From Eledone cirrhosa (lineage: Eukaryota), in NCBI GenBank assembly GCA_964016885.1, contig OZ024748.1, positions 6,014,001 to 6,078,000 of the forward strand: 64,000 nt of DNA, given 5' to 3'. Positions 31,723-45,229 of this stretch are shown here, piece by piece (positions within the stretch are counted from its first letter, which is position 1; the number at the start of each line of letters is the position of its first letter). The notes beneath the pieces are model-generated. The model saw nothing but the letters and a program-made list of their open reading frames with translations. It had not been told where the DNA came from and ran no database searches. The translations under genes and the position numbers were made by a program.

Positions 31723-31857
<135 letters not shown>

Positions 31858-32070
31858 AATTTTGTATTTCTTTATCATTATCATTGTCTAAATCATCTGC
31901 TTAATAAATATCACAATCATCATCATCATCTTCATTATCTTCATCATCACATCATCATCATCGTAGTCATCGTTTTCTTGGTTGTTGTCGTCGTGCTCGT
32001 CGTAATCATCTCCTCCATCATCATTGTAATCGTTTGACTATATATATATATATATATATATACATATATA

Positions 32071-32152
<82 letters not shown>

Positions 32153-32166
32153 AATATATATATATA

Positions 32167-32455
32167 GGGAGGGTCATATTTGTGTAATATTGCCAGAATT
32201 AATAACAGAACACACTCACTGTTTGGTTGGTTTTCGCTTCTGTGTCTTTTATATCGGTTAATTAATTTATTCGGTCCTCAATGTTGCCAATGACTGACCA
32301 ACGGTTAAAAATACAGATACAATATAGACACAAACACATATATATAGTCTAACAAACTTCTTTCGTTGCACATCTGCAACATCGTCAGTGGTGCTATTAT
32401 GTTTCCTCATCGTTGTATTGTATGCCTACGCCATCTTATTTAGTCTGTTTATTTA
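32167..32455 (-). mobile_element. Dispersed repeat (second, inverted copy at about 63110-63402) with a degenerate hammerhead-like motif at 32344-32396
   Basis: About 280 bp shared. Minus strand reads atagcacca CTGACGA t gttgca-gatg-tgcaac GAAA gaag TT tg..ctat. Abuts (TA)n. Confidence 0.6.
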
Positions 32456-32971
32456 TCCCAAGTATAACAATATTTGTTTCGACACACGATTTCATATCAA
32501 AAACCTCGCAAAACTAATCACAGTTATATATGTATGTATATATATGTGTGTGAATGGGTGCGTTTGTTCGTGTGTGTAACTATATACAGATAGATAGATG
32601 TGTTTACATATATATATATATATGTGTGTGTCTGATGGTAGCTATGATGCTTCCATAGGCGGTATGCCGGTTGAGCACTCTGTTCTTACTGAGCAGAGTG
32701 TGATATAATATAAAACGAAAAATCAGTGATGCATCTGTCTGATTCTGGATCTGCGGGTTCGTCGGACACTTCTAATAATTTCGGATCAAATTTTCTCACT
32801 GGCGTCAAAAAGCATCCTCTTCGCTCGTCCTGCTATTGGCTGTTGTTTTTCTACGTCATCATAAATATTGACCAACACGTACTGTCACACTAACCATCAT
32901 CTGTCTTTCTTCCTGCCACGCTTCAATGAATCCCTGCTAGGTTTGGTAGTTCACACGTCCACGCGCGCACT

Positions 32972-33022
<51 letters not shown>

Positions 33023-33074
33023 TCACACACACACACACACGCACACAATCATATAAATAACAACATCCGCACGC

Positions 33075-33154
33075 ATATACTCCCACCATACATGCGCACC
33101 CAAAGAGAACCCATATGGGTTCTCTTTGGGTGCGTATGTATGGCGGGAGTATAT
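33075..33154. repeat. Spacerless palindrome, 40-bp arms, 2 mismatches
   Basis: atatactcccaccatacatgcgcacccaaagagaacccat|atgggttctctttgggtgcgtatgtatggcgggagtatat. Confidence 0.9.
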
Positions 33155-33503
33155 TATCAACAACAAGAATATCAACATTGACATTGATATCAACTTAGTC
33201 ATGAATCGCAACAAACTCTCTATCACTGTTGCCATAAGACAAATTACGTTTAATATAATCATAGTTTCAACTTTTCATTACCCCCAACCTGCTAGAGACA
33301 GCAGCCAAATATCCCTCTTAAACTTGATTCGGGAAAGGAAGCATTAGATAATGGTGTCCTAGATATTTCCGACCAACGAGAATGATCAGGATTTGAATGT
33401 CTTTATAATAACACTTGTCAACCAGGGTTGACTCTCCGTTAGATAAAAGCTCTGACAACAACAGTTAAAATGATGTGTGTTATACTTTTATATCATATAT
33501 GTA

Positions 33504-33542
<39 letters not shown>

Positions 33543-33544
<2 letters not shown>

Positions 33545-33746
33545 CGGAGGAAATGTGGTAAGGAACCAGGTGGACCATAACGCACCAAAGTACTCAATAC
33601 TTAGGGTAGTAGAGTGGGTAATAGGAACGAGTAGGACCCCGACGGCTGAGCTCAAGCCGTTTCGACGGCTAATTCTGGACTAATTAGTCCAGAATTAGCT
33701 GTCGAAACGGCTTGAGCTCAGCCGTCGGGGTCCTACTCGTTCCTAT
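33543..33746 (-). mobile_element. PLE terminal-repeat fragment (family A) with a 63-bp spacerless fold-back
   Basis: Arms 33621-33683 and 33684-33746 with 1 mismatch; each carries GAAA-cggct-tgagctc-agccg-TC-ggggt. Confidence 0.9.
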
Positions 33747-33781
33747 ATATATATATCTATATACATAGATATATATATATA

Positions 33782-33838
<57 letters not shown>

Positions 33839-34244
33839 ATGGTTTGCGTATGTGCGTGAGCTCCTTGACTTTTCTTCACCACTTCGAAGAATAAAGAAGC
33901 GAAAAATAGTTCATAACTCACCACCATCACCTGCCACTATCAAGTTAATAGCGCCATCTCCACATACCACCATCATCACCACCACCACCACCAACAACAA
34001 CAACAATAACACTTCTAACAACCACTACATCCCAATATTTACAAATATAAATTTAATATATGTATGTGTGAATGCGTGCTTGCGTGTACATGCGTGAGGA
34101 GGTGTAAGACGGCAGTAGTTGGTCTATAGAGGGGGGGGGGCACACAATTCCTTCGTTTGTAACTGTTATGCAAATCAGCTTCGACTTCAATCGATTGTTA
34201 CAGCAATCCGAAGTCTATTTGGAGAAATAACGTATGCCGATATA

Positions 34245-34905
34245 TGGTGGCGCTGATGATGGTGGTGGTGGTGGTGGTGGTGGTGAGGGTCGTGAGGGTG
34301 GTGGTGAGGGTGGTGTTGGTGAGGATGGTGGTGCTGATGATGGTGGTGGTGGTGGTGGTGGTGGTGATGATGATGGTGGTGATGGTGGTGTTGGTGATGG
34401 TGGTAGTGGTGGTGATGATGTTGGTGGTGGTGGTGGTGGTGGTGGTGGTGGTGGTGTTTCCTGATGGTGATGATGGTGGTGATGGTGATGATGTTGGTGT
34501 TGGTGGTGTTGGTGATGGTGGTGGTGGTGGTGCTGGTGTGGTGGTGGTGGTGCTGATGGTGATGATGGTGGTGATGGTTGTGGTGGTGGTGGTGATGATG
34601 GTGATTGTAGTGTTGCTGCTGGTGATGGTGGTGTTGCTGATGGTGATGGTGGTGTTAGTAGTGTTGATGATGTTGATGATGGTGATAGTAGTGGTGCTGC
34701 TGGTGATTGTAGTGTTGCTGATGGTGATGTTGGTGTTAGTAGTGTTGGTGATGGTGATGATGGTGATGGTAGTGTTGCTGGTGGTGATGTTGCTGGTTGT
34801 AGTGGTGTTTGGTGTGTTTGTGGTGGCCTCAGCCTCACCGGTGGCTGCTGGTGCTGCTGGTGGTGCTGTTGGTGCTGCTGGTGGTGCTGGAGGTGGTGAT
34901 GTGGC
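34245..34905. repeat. (GGT/GAT)n compound microsatellite
   Basis: Directly visible. Confidence 0.85.
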
Positions 34906-35388
34906 CAAGAGGGAGGGGTGGGTATTTAGTAAGGAATGAAGTGTTCGGAGAAGAAAACGATGAAGAAAACAACGAAAGAGATTAAATTAATGAATGATAA
35001 CGAAAGTGTGTAAAGAATGGATGAGAAAGAAGACGAGGAGAGGGTAAGAAAATAGAATTCTTCTTCTTCTTCTTCTTCTTCTTCTTCTTCTTCTTCTTCT
35101 TCTTCTTCTTCTTCTTCTTCTTCTTCTTCTTCTTCTTCTTCTTCTTCTTCTTCTTTCTCCTTCTCCTCCTTCCTCTTATAACACTTCATCTTGAAGAGAA
35201 TCTATGATTGTTTCGAAATATGGTGCTAGATTCAGAAAAGTTATTGTTGCCAACAACTTTATTAAAACGAAAAAAAATATATATATATATATATATGTAG
35301 GAGGTGAGTTTTATTGTAGTACAATAAAGCAATGCAGATATCGGATAAGAAGCACTCTACAGTTTGTAGGACTGGAGTATACATAATA

Positions 35389-35514
35389 TATAAGAACAAA
35401 AGATGGTTAAAAGAGTTCCATGTATTTTATTATGCGCATTTCATGATGATTTTTGTTTTTGAAATGCGCATAATAAAATACATGGAACTCTTTTAACCAT
35501 CTTTTGTTCTTATA
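35389..35514 (+). mobile_element. Fold-back PLE-type fragment (about 55-bp arms) with a truncated minimal hammerhead
   Basis: Inverted arms; spacer and right arm read (a)TGATGA tttttgttttt GAAA tgcgca TA ataaaat with a palindromic tgcgca stem III; C3 and the stem I 5' strand are lost at the inversion. Confidence 0.65.
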
Positions 35515-35669
35515 TATATATATATATATTATTCAAAATATTAATTATATATATATATATATATATATTTATATACAGGATATATGAAGAGTCCACTCTA
35601 CTACCCTAAGTATCGAGTACTCTGGTGCGTTTTGTTCCACCTGGTATCTTACCAGTCCCTTTTTTTATA

Positions 35670-35704
<35 letters not shown>

Positions 35705-35764
35705 TATATATATAATATTAAAATATAAGTATTGATAAAATGGATGTTCTTTTGGTCAATTACA

Positions 35765-35815
35765 TTTTATTATACATATTTCGGAAGTACAACAGTACGT
35801 CCTCATCAGAAAAAA
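35765..35815 (-). ncRNA. Minimal type I hammerhead ribozyme motif
   Basis: Minus strand: tttttt CTGATGA gga-c-gtac-tgtt-gtac-t-tcc GAAA tatgta TA ataaaa. Confidence 0.7.
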
Positions 35816-36341
35816 AATAATGATACATGACATACCCTGAGATGCTATATGGTTAAGATTTAATCAAGGTAGTCATCTATTTTATTAATACTTATATTTT
35901 AATATTAATAACTCCTGAAAATTATTTTCCCGTTAAGTGCTTCCAATCTACTGTAAAACTCATTCTTTGACATAATCATCGAATATTGTTTTACAAATTA
36001 ATACTTATATATATATATATACGGTGGCTGCCAACTCGTTTTCGAGTACGGCCACTACTTTATATCCATGTAGGAGAACCCCTGCCGATGCGCTGAACGA
36101 GTGTGACTTTTTAGTCCAGCCAGCGGCTTGAAAACTCTGGTACAAACATTACACTTGTGACAATTATTGACACATAGTGCTGGGCCCATTGTACCATGTG
36201 ACGACAAGTGCAGAGAGATCTCCAGATATAAAGCAATGCCTGTGCCGTGAAGCTTTTATAGTGAGCAAGGCACTGCACAAAGCCAGTCCCACTCTCTTAA
36301 CCAAGATGATATTTACCATGTATATATATATAGTGTATATA

Positions 36342-36433
<92 letters not shown>

Positions 36434-36454
36434 GTGCGTGTATATATATATATA

Positions 36455-36590
<136 letters not shown>

Positions 36591-36679
36591 CGTGTATAGA
36601 AAACCAAGTGGGAAGCTACAAAACAATGGATGATGGATGAAAAGTATGTTGAGATAAAAAGATGAGAGAAAGGGATGTG

Positions 36680-36779
<100 letters not shown>

Positions 36780-37028
36780 AGGAGATTAACGAAAGATGTA
36801 GACTATTGTTGTAGATAAATGATGTTGAAGAGGCGTTGTAATAATGGTGATGGCACTGGGAACTAGGGTGGTGATGGTGAAGATGGTGAAGATGGTGATG
36901 ATGGTGATGATGATGATGATGGTGAAGATGGTGATGGTGAAGATGGTGAAGATGATGACAAGGACAAATACGCCATCTTGATAATGATGATGAGGACAAT
37001 GACGATGATGACAACGACGAAGGGGAAT

Positions 37029-37060
<32 letters not shown>

Positions 37061-38572
37061 AATGACAAGAACGATGACGATTATGATGATAATGATATTG
37101 GTGGGGATGATGGTGATGACAACAACGTAGACATGATGATGAGATGATGATGATGAGATGATGATGATGATGGTGGTGATGATGGTGATGGTGGTGATGA
37201 TGATGATGATGCTATTGGTTACAGTGGTGTGTGGGTGTGTGAGTGAGTGTGTGTGTGTGTGTGCTGACGAGTCATTAACTGTAATGACTGTGGTTGTCAT
37301 GGTGACAGGCGTTGGTGTCGTTATGGCATTGTAACTGTTGTGGTTGGTCTTGGTTGTTGTTGTTGTTGTTGCTGATTATGTTGTTGTTATAGCCCTTGGC
37401 TGTTGTTGTTGTTGTTGTTGTTGCTGTTGCTAGTTATGTTGTTGTTGTTGTTGTTGTATATGTTGTTTTTGTTGTTGAATCTATTGTTGTCTTTGTTGTT
37501 GTTGTTGTTGCTAATTTTGTTGTTGTTGTTGTTGTCAATTCTGTTTTTGTTGGTGATGGTTTTTGTTGGTGGTGGTGTTGGTGGTGGTGTGATGGTGGTG
37601 GCGTGTTGGTGTGATGGTGGTGGCGTGATGGAGGTGGTGTGATGGTGGTGGTGTGATGGTGGTGGTGTGATCGTGGTGGTGTAATCTTAGTGGTGTGTTG
37701 GTGGTGGTGGTGTGTTGGTGGTGGTGGTGTGATGGTGGTGGTGTGTTGGTGGTTTTGTGTTGGTGGTGGCGTGTTGGTGGTGGTGTGATGGTGGTGGTAT
37801 GATGGTGGTGGTGTGATGGTGGTGGTGTGATGGTGGTGGTGTGTTGGTGGTGGTGGTGTGATGGTGGTGATGTGATGGTGGTGGTGGTGTGATGGTGATG
37901 GTGTGTTAGTGGTGATGTGATGGTGGTATCGACGATGATGTTCTAGATGTTATAAAAGTAGCTAAAGTGTTAATTGTCTGTGTTTGGATGCTAAAGTAGA
38001 TAACGACATTTACTGTTGGTAATGTTGGCGATGGTGTGGTTGTTGTTGTTGGAGATGGTGGTAGCGATGGTGGGGTTGGAGCTGCTGAGGGAGATGATGA
38101 CGATAGGAGTTGTGGTGGTGGTGATGGTGATGTTATTAACTTGATGGTGGTAGTGACAATGGTGTTGGTGATGATGGTGATAGTATTTTCAATGGCATCG
38201 ATAGGGGTAGTGATAGGTGTGGAGGCGATGGTTGTGGGGTGGTGGTGGTGATGGCTGTGGCGGGGCTGATGGCTGTTGTGGGGGTGGTAGTGACAATGGT
38301 GGTGGTGATGGTGGTGATAGTATTTTCAATGGTGTTGATAGAGGTAATGATAGGGACGGAGGCGTTGGTTGTGGGGGCGGTGGCAATAGTTGTGGTGGGG
38401 GTGGGGAACGGCTGTGGAGGTGGTGGTAGTGACAGTGGTGGTGGTGGTAGTGATAGTGGTGGTGACGGTTGTTGTGGGAGTGATGGCTGTTGTGGTGGTG
38501 GTAGTGACAGTGGTGGTGACATTTCGTCAGAAAGTTGGTCATTATATTAGTATTGGTCATTATATTAGTATT

Positions 38573-38757
38573 AGGGCGGTGAACTGGCAGTATCGGTAGA
38601 TGGTTGGACATGCTTTCTAGCATAGAGTTACGTCCCTTTACGATCTGAGTTCAAATCCCGCCGAGGTTAACTTTGCCTTTCATCCTTACGGGGTCGATAA
38701 AATAAAGTACCAGTAATACACTGGATAATTGCTGGCCTTGTGCCAAAAGTAGAAACA
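38573..38757 (+). mobile_element. Full-length tRNA-derived SINE with 14-bp target-site duplication
   Basis: attatattagtatt at 38559-38572 and 38758-38771; A and B boxes present. Confidence 0.9.
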
Positions 38758-39115
38758 ATTATATTAGTATTGGTCTCATAGTTGTGTTGGTGATTGTGTT
38801 TATGTTGGAATGTTTTGTCGGTGGTGTTTGTGGTGATGATGTTGGTGATTATAGTAATGGCACTAGTGGAGAATATGGAGATGATGGTGACGGTTGTGTC
38901 GTTGGTGGTTGTGTGGTGTTGGTTTGGTGGTGGTGTTGCTGGTGGTTGTGTGGTGTTGGGCTGATGGTGTTGATGCTGTTGTTGCTGGTGGTTGTGTGGT
39001 GGTTAATGTGGTTTTGCTGATAGTAGTGCTGGCAGAATTTGTAAACGAAGTCATATTTTTGATCTTTTTGTTGTGGTACTGAGTTCTTATACGATGTTTT
39101 GAAATATACACGCGT

Positions 39116-39230
<115 letters not shown>

Positions 39231-39740
39231 CGTGTGCGTGTGTGTGTGTGTGAGTGTGTGTGTATACATATACGAGATAGACGGAAATGAGATATTGTGA
39301 CGACAGCGAGTTCCCTCGTGGAGATTAACAACATAAACGAAATGAAAATCGCTGCAACGGGAAGTCGAAACAGGAACGTGAGTTGGTCCCTTTGAAATGA
39401 TAAACTCTCCCCCACCTCACAGGATACCCTACACTTCTGTGTTCACCACTTGTACAGAAATGTATCGATTTCTTTCGCCTTGGCAGAAATCCTATTTCTA
39501 TGTGATAGCAGTAGAGTTGAATATGTCAGTACATGCCTTGCAACGTCTGTTATCGAACCCGTTCGGATGAAAGATGAACGCTGACCTGGCATCGCTTGAA
39601 CTCACAACACAGAGGGACGAATCTACACATTTAGTTAGACGACGATCTGCCTGCAATGTTTTGCCAATCCTATGCGATAAATATGTATTAATAATAACAA
39701 TAAGAACAGAAAGAACAACAATAATAAAAACAACAACAGC

Positions 39741-39770
<30 letters not shown>

Positions 39771-39771
<1 letters not shown>

Positions 39772-40010
39772 CTTTCTTTATTGACCACAAGGGTTGACAC
39801 AAAGTATAACATTAAGGACAACACAGGATAATACAGGACGGTACAAATGGGTTTTTCTGCGTGTAAAAAAAACAAAAACAGAGGATGTACCAAAAAAAAT
39901 AGATAAAAAAAGGAAAGGAAAAAAAAAAGGAAAAAAATTATAATAGCAACAAAAATTTACCTCAAGGCACCATACATGCGATACAAAACGTGTCATACAA
40001 AGGTGTTTAA
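39771..40010 (-). mobile_element. 3' UTR fragment of an L1/Tx1-like LINE ending in (ATT)n
   Basis: Minus strand ends cccttgtggtcaataaagaaa, nearly identical to cccttgtggctaataaagaaa of the 13975-15032 element; upstream ccatttgta is also shared. Confidence 0.6.
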
Positions 40011-40208
40011 AAGTATATGACCATGTACATATATATGTATGTGTATAATATATATACTATATGTTAGAAAGAGCACTAGCAGCCGACGTAGCCGACGTTT
40101 AGATAAATTTCTACCTGTATAAATACAGAAAATGTGACCAAAAATGCACGTATTTTTTGGCTTGTTTACATACCTATAGATATTTATATACATATATATG
40201 TATATATA

Positions 40209-40256
<48 letters not shown>

Positions 40257-40694
40257 CGTAGTGTGTGTGTGCGTGTGTGCGCGTGTGTGTGCGTATGTGT
40301 GCGCGTGCATGTGCGTGTGCGCGTGCATGTGCGTGTGCGTGTGTGTGCGTGTGCGTGTGTGGTTGCGTGTGTGAGTGTGCGCGCGTGAGAGTGTGTGTGT
40401 GTGTGTGCGTATGCGTACGTGTGTGAACATATATCTGAGGAGCTTCCGATTAAGTAGACATCTTTCAAAGACGTGTCTTCTTATCAGAAATACGAAGCCT
40501 GTTAAAAAAGGGTATCAGCTTTTCCATGTGGGAAGGTATTAACTTAGTGAGACAAACAATGCAGATTGGGTTAACATGTATTCAAGTATATGATTTTTTC
40601 CAATTGATACATACATGCCTCTATACATGTATTGATGTTTATATGTGTGATATATGTATATATCATTATGTATTGTCTGTTTGTCATCTTGTTC

Positions 40695-40748
<54 letters not shown>

Positions 40749-40909
40749 GGTAACAACTTATCGTTATAGGTTATCCAGTTAGAGGTTGTGAGTATTCTGC
40801 GTCGTGGATAGTTTTAACGTACGGCTTTGTTTGACTCGGCAAGATGCTTCCATAGTTAGGCAGCGAGTTCGCAGTAATTCCTATGTAGGTTATACTCGGA
40901 GTAATAATA

Positions 40910-41232
40910 GTGAAAAAATGAAGAGTAATATGGTTGGTAGTACAACAAGGGGCTTTATTTCAGGTATTAACAGTTGTTTCATTGATCAGGTGAGTCTAGA
41001 GGCCGCTAATCCCTCGACATTGCGTCATTCGATCTCCAATACAGTATTTACCTCAGATCAAATTCCGAAATTCTGAGGATTTGATCAGAGGTAAATAATG
41101 TATTAGAGATCGAGTGACGCAACTTCGAGCGGTTAGCGGCCTCTAGACTCACCTGATCAATGAAACAACTGTTAATACCTGAAATAAAGCCCCTTGTTGT
41201 ACTACCAAACACATTACTATTCATTATGTCAC
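40910..41232. repeat. Large diverged inverted repeat (about 150-bp arms)
   Basis: ggtagtacaacaaggggctttatttcaggtattaacagttgtttcattgatcaggtgagtctagaggccgctaa is mirrored at about 41134-41206. Confidence 0.85.
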
Positions 41233-41256
41233 TATATATATATATATAAATTTATA

Positions 41257-41440
41257 CCGGGTTCAATCGGGGGTAACCACAGTAAGTAAGGTACTCAATA
41301 CAAAGCAGAGTATACATTTTTAATATAGAAAAGCTTCTACAGGAAGCTACATGATGTGAGAAATCATCAGGAAGCTTCCTGATGAATTCTCACGAATGAA
41401 ACAATTCTAGTCCTGTAGAAGCTTTTCTATATTAAATATA
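41257..41440. mobile_element. PLE terminal-repeat fragment (family B) in inverted arrangement
   Basis: Central palindrome tcatcaggaagcttcctgatga; related copies at 43790-43915, 57810-57860 and 59551-59735. Confidence 0.8.
41372..41424 (+). ncRNA. Type I hammerhead ribozyme with canonical core
   Basis: aagcttc CTGATGA attc-tcac-gaat GAAA ca-attctagtcc-tg TA gaagctt: 7-bp stem I, 4-bp stem II with tetraloop, GUA cleavage triplet. Confidence 0.85.
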
Positions 41441-41626
41441 TAAGTAGTTCGACAACAGTTAAATCACCATTTCCCAGAACAATTGTTTCACCTTACTCGA
41501 GTAAGGTGAAATATTTGTTCTCGGAAATGGTGAATTAACTGTTGTGGAACTACTTCTACCAAACTCGTCCCATGGACTGAGTGTTATACTACTACGCATA
41601 TAACCCGCCAGTGTTCTTATATTTAT

Positions 41627-41676
<50 letters not shown>

Positions 41677-41677
<1 letters not shown>

Positions 41678-41815
41678 ACAAAGAAAGTATGGTAAGAAAC
41701 CAGGTGGACGATTTCGCACTAGAGTACTCGATACCTAGGGTAGTAGAGTGGATAATAGGAAAGGAGTTAGGACCCCGACGGCCTAGCTCCGGCTGTTAAG
41801 ACAACTAGATCCGAA
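41677..41815 (-). mobile_element. PLE terminal-repeat fragment (family A variant)
   Basis: gagtactcgatacctagggtagtagagtgg..ataggaa..ggaccccgacggc matches the other family A copies. Confidence 0.8.
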
Positions 41816-43101
41816 TATATATATATATTGTATATAGATAGAACGGCAGAGACTATTCACAGCAACCCGACAAAGAGAGAGAAGAATGGAATAATAGATT
41901 TAACTAGACAGAAACACGTTAAAACATTAAAATATTTATATACTTCTTAATACTGTCTATAAACACGTTTTTCTTGCTAAAATTTTATTTGATTTTATTG
42001 TTTATTTTCCCAAACTTAATGATTCTTAATGATTCTTAATCACAGCGAGAAAATAAGAATATAATATAAACAAATATAAACATAATATAACCGTCTATAA
42101 AAACACAAACAAATCAAAACAATGTATTCTTTGAATACATTTTTCCCTTTAAGAAGAAAATATCTCGACGGGTTTATCTTAAAATATTCGTTTAAATAGA
42201 GACGAAAACACACAAACACAAACACAAACACACACTGACAAATAATAACAATAATAGTAACAATTAAAATGAAAAGGAAAATTCCCTCTTGTAGTTTTTC
42301 GGGTCATTAGTTTATATTCACATTTGTGGTTTTGGGCCCCAAAGGAGAGACCCTTTTCTGATCTTAGTTTCTTACTGGACGCGATCCCACGTTGACATGA
42401 CATATTGATTTTATCAAATGTGAGAATTATCAAATAATATTTAAATAATATTTCAATGGTTTGTTTAAAATAATTCTCCTGATAAAAGAAAAATAATTGT
42501 ATATATAATTGATATGTTGTTGTTAGTGCTGTTGCTGTTGATGTTTGCCGCCGTTTTGGGCTTATATTTTTACATATATTTTACATTTCTAAATCTATTT
42601 TTTTAAATCCTAGTATTTATTCATAATTTTTGCAATGTTTATCTGTAATTTCAAATGGAATATTTTCATTATATTTACATTTAGTAGGATTTTTATATTT
42701 TATTTATACATATTTTTTCAATTTTTTTTATTTATGATTTCATTTTAAAATGTATTAGTTTTATTATTATATATATATTTTTTTTTTTTCATGAATATCT
42801 TAATAAACTATCATTGTGGCATAAATGATTGAATGTCGATTTAAACAACATCTGTATCCACCACCACCACCACCACCACCACCACCACCACCATTATTGG
42901 TGTTGTTATTATTATGCCATCACAAATATTTACACAACTGCTCCCTAAGTATCAATGTTATTGAATCATGTTTAAAAACCAAAGCATTTAATTATTCTAT
43001 AAGACATTGACATCGCAAATTGTGTGTGATTCAGTTCGTATATGTCCGCTCCCAGACAGAGCTGCATGGATAAACACAATACACATGCATATATATATAT
43101 G

Positions 43102-43186
<85 letters not shown>

Positions 43187-43189
43187 TAT

Positions 43190-43590
43190 ACGATATTAAT
43201 AAATGGAAACAATATTTATAAAACCATATTTATTTCATTATACATATTTCAGGGATACCAAATTAAATTATGGTATGCCTTCATCAGACAAAATATAATA
43301 TATAACAGTTTTACAAATAAGCTTTGACGTACCCTATTAAAATGCAACCATTGTTTTTGGAAGTCATGAAAATACAGGCGCTTGCATGCAAATTAAACGC
43401 ATGTATGACGCTAACAGAATATGAACTTCTATCATTGCACTGTGCCACCAGATTTGATATGATGTTCTACTGATTCAGTCAAGTCAATAGTGTTATCACG
43501 AGATTAAAATTAATTTGGTATCCCTGAAATATGTATAATGAAGTAAATATGGTTTTATAAATATAGTTTCCATTTATTAATATCGTATAT
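43190..43590 (-). mobile_element. PLE-type 3' terminal fragment (family C) with inverted partial terminal repeat (about 43508-43590)
   Basis: 43360-43512 is duplicated at 44380-44534; a homologous copy lies at about 61410-61580. Confidence 0.75.
43231..43295 (-). ncRNA. Minimal type I hammerhead ribozyme (family C)
   Basis: Minus strand: tattttgt CTGATGA agg-c-atacca-taatttaatt-tggtat-c-cct GAAA tatgta TA atgaaata. Confidence 0.8.
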
Positions 43591-43673
43591 CTACTCCAAA
43601 TACTTGTCGAGTGCTTTATATCAGTTATAAAAATATTTACTTGTTGTATCCCAACAATTTTAAATAGAACTTT

Positions 43674-43749
<76 letters not shown>

Positions 43750-43923
43750 TATATATCAGTGTGTGAGTGTATATATATATGAGTCCCATGTTCAATATCG
43801 GTGGAAACCGCAGTAAGTAAGGTACTCAATGCATTAGTAGAGTGTAAACAACAAATTTAATATAGAAATGGCTTCTACACGACTAGAACTGTTTCATTCA
43901 AAGGAAATGATCAGACCTCGTTT

Positions 43924-43986
<63 letters not shown>

Positions 43987-44056
43987 GGTAAACAGAAATA
44001 ACAACAACATATGGAAGGGATATATTAGGTTAACGCTTGATATAGCAGGAAGAGGG

Positions 44057-44092
44057 TCTTAACGTTTCGGAAGCTAGTCCTTCATCAGAAGA
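44057..44092 (-). ncRNA. Ultra-minimal type I hammerhead motif (family E)
   Basis: Minus strand: tctt CTGATGA a gga-ctagct-tcc GAAA cg TT aaga; the stem III region is the palindrome AACGTT. Confidence 0.65.
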
Positions 44093-44253
44093 AAGAATGA
44101 GAAATAAGATAGATTGAGGGGACGGGCGGGTTGGAATTGGAAAAATGTCTTTAGAGAAAAATAACAGGTCCATTCATGTTGACATCTCTTGGAAAACTGT
44201 TAGTGCTGGTGTTTTGTGTATGATTTTTATTTAGCAAAGTGGATGATGGAGCG

Positions 44254-44326
<73 letters not shown>

Positions 44327-44751
44327 TTTTTTATATGTGTGTGAGTGTTGTATACTAGATATACAATAAATTGAAATTAGAAGTCATGAAAATACAGGCG
44401 CTTGCATACAAATTAAACGCATGTATAACGTTAACCGAATATGAACTTATATCATTGCACTGTGCCACCAGATTTGATATGATGTTCTACTGATTCAGTC
44501 AAGTCAACAGTGTTATCACGAGATGAAAATTAATGTGAGCTGAGTTCGAAATGCCAGCACTTATCGATCTCTCTAATATATATTTAATTCATCTCTCAAC
44601 ATTGAGTCACAAACTCATGTTAATGTCATCGATAGATGCATATTGCAAGAAATATACAGACGCAATGAAACAGAAAGAGATATAGACACTGGCACAGACA
44701 CACGGACACACACAGACAAACTTACAAAATCAGTCACAAACATTAGCTTAG

Positions 44752-44825
<74 letters not shown>

Positions 44826-44831
44826 AAAGAA

Positions 44832-45080
44832 ATATTCTTAAAAAGACTCCAGTTGCATTTTCGATTTCATCTTTTTTCCTTATACTTTCACTCGTGTAGG
44901 ATATCTCGTTTTTTTTTTTCATTTTGAAAAAAACCCTCATTTTCTTATATATATATATATATATAAGAAAATGAGTTGTTCTTTTTTCAAAACGAAAAAA
45001 AAACGAGATATCCTACACGAGTGAAAGTATAAAGAAAAAAGATGAAATCGAAAATGCAACTGGAGTCTTTTTAAGAATAT
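44832..45080. repeat. Palindrome of about 115-bp arms centred on a short (TA)n
   Basis: atattcttaaaaagactccagttgcattttcgatttcatc... and ctcattttctta(ta)n taagaaaatgag are mirrored. Confidence 0.85.
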
Positions 45081-45229
45081 GTATTTGTTTCCTTTACCGG
45101 TTTCACAGTTCTTATGATTTTCAAACGTAGAATCGAGATGTAGGGTTTGTGGATTTTCTCGCATATATATATTCTGCTCTGAAGAGAGGAGAATCCCAGG
45201 CGCGTTCTTGATAGTAGGCGTGGAGGATG

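Noticed and set aside
37264-37290. CTGACGA followed by hairpin gtcatta/taatgac
   Set aside because: No GAAA or stems I/III follow, so it is not a hammerhead.
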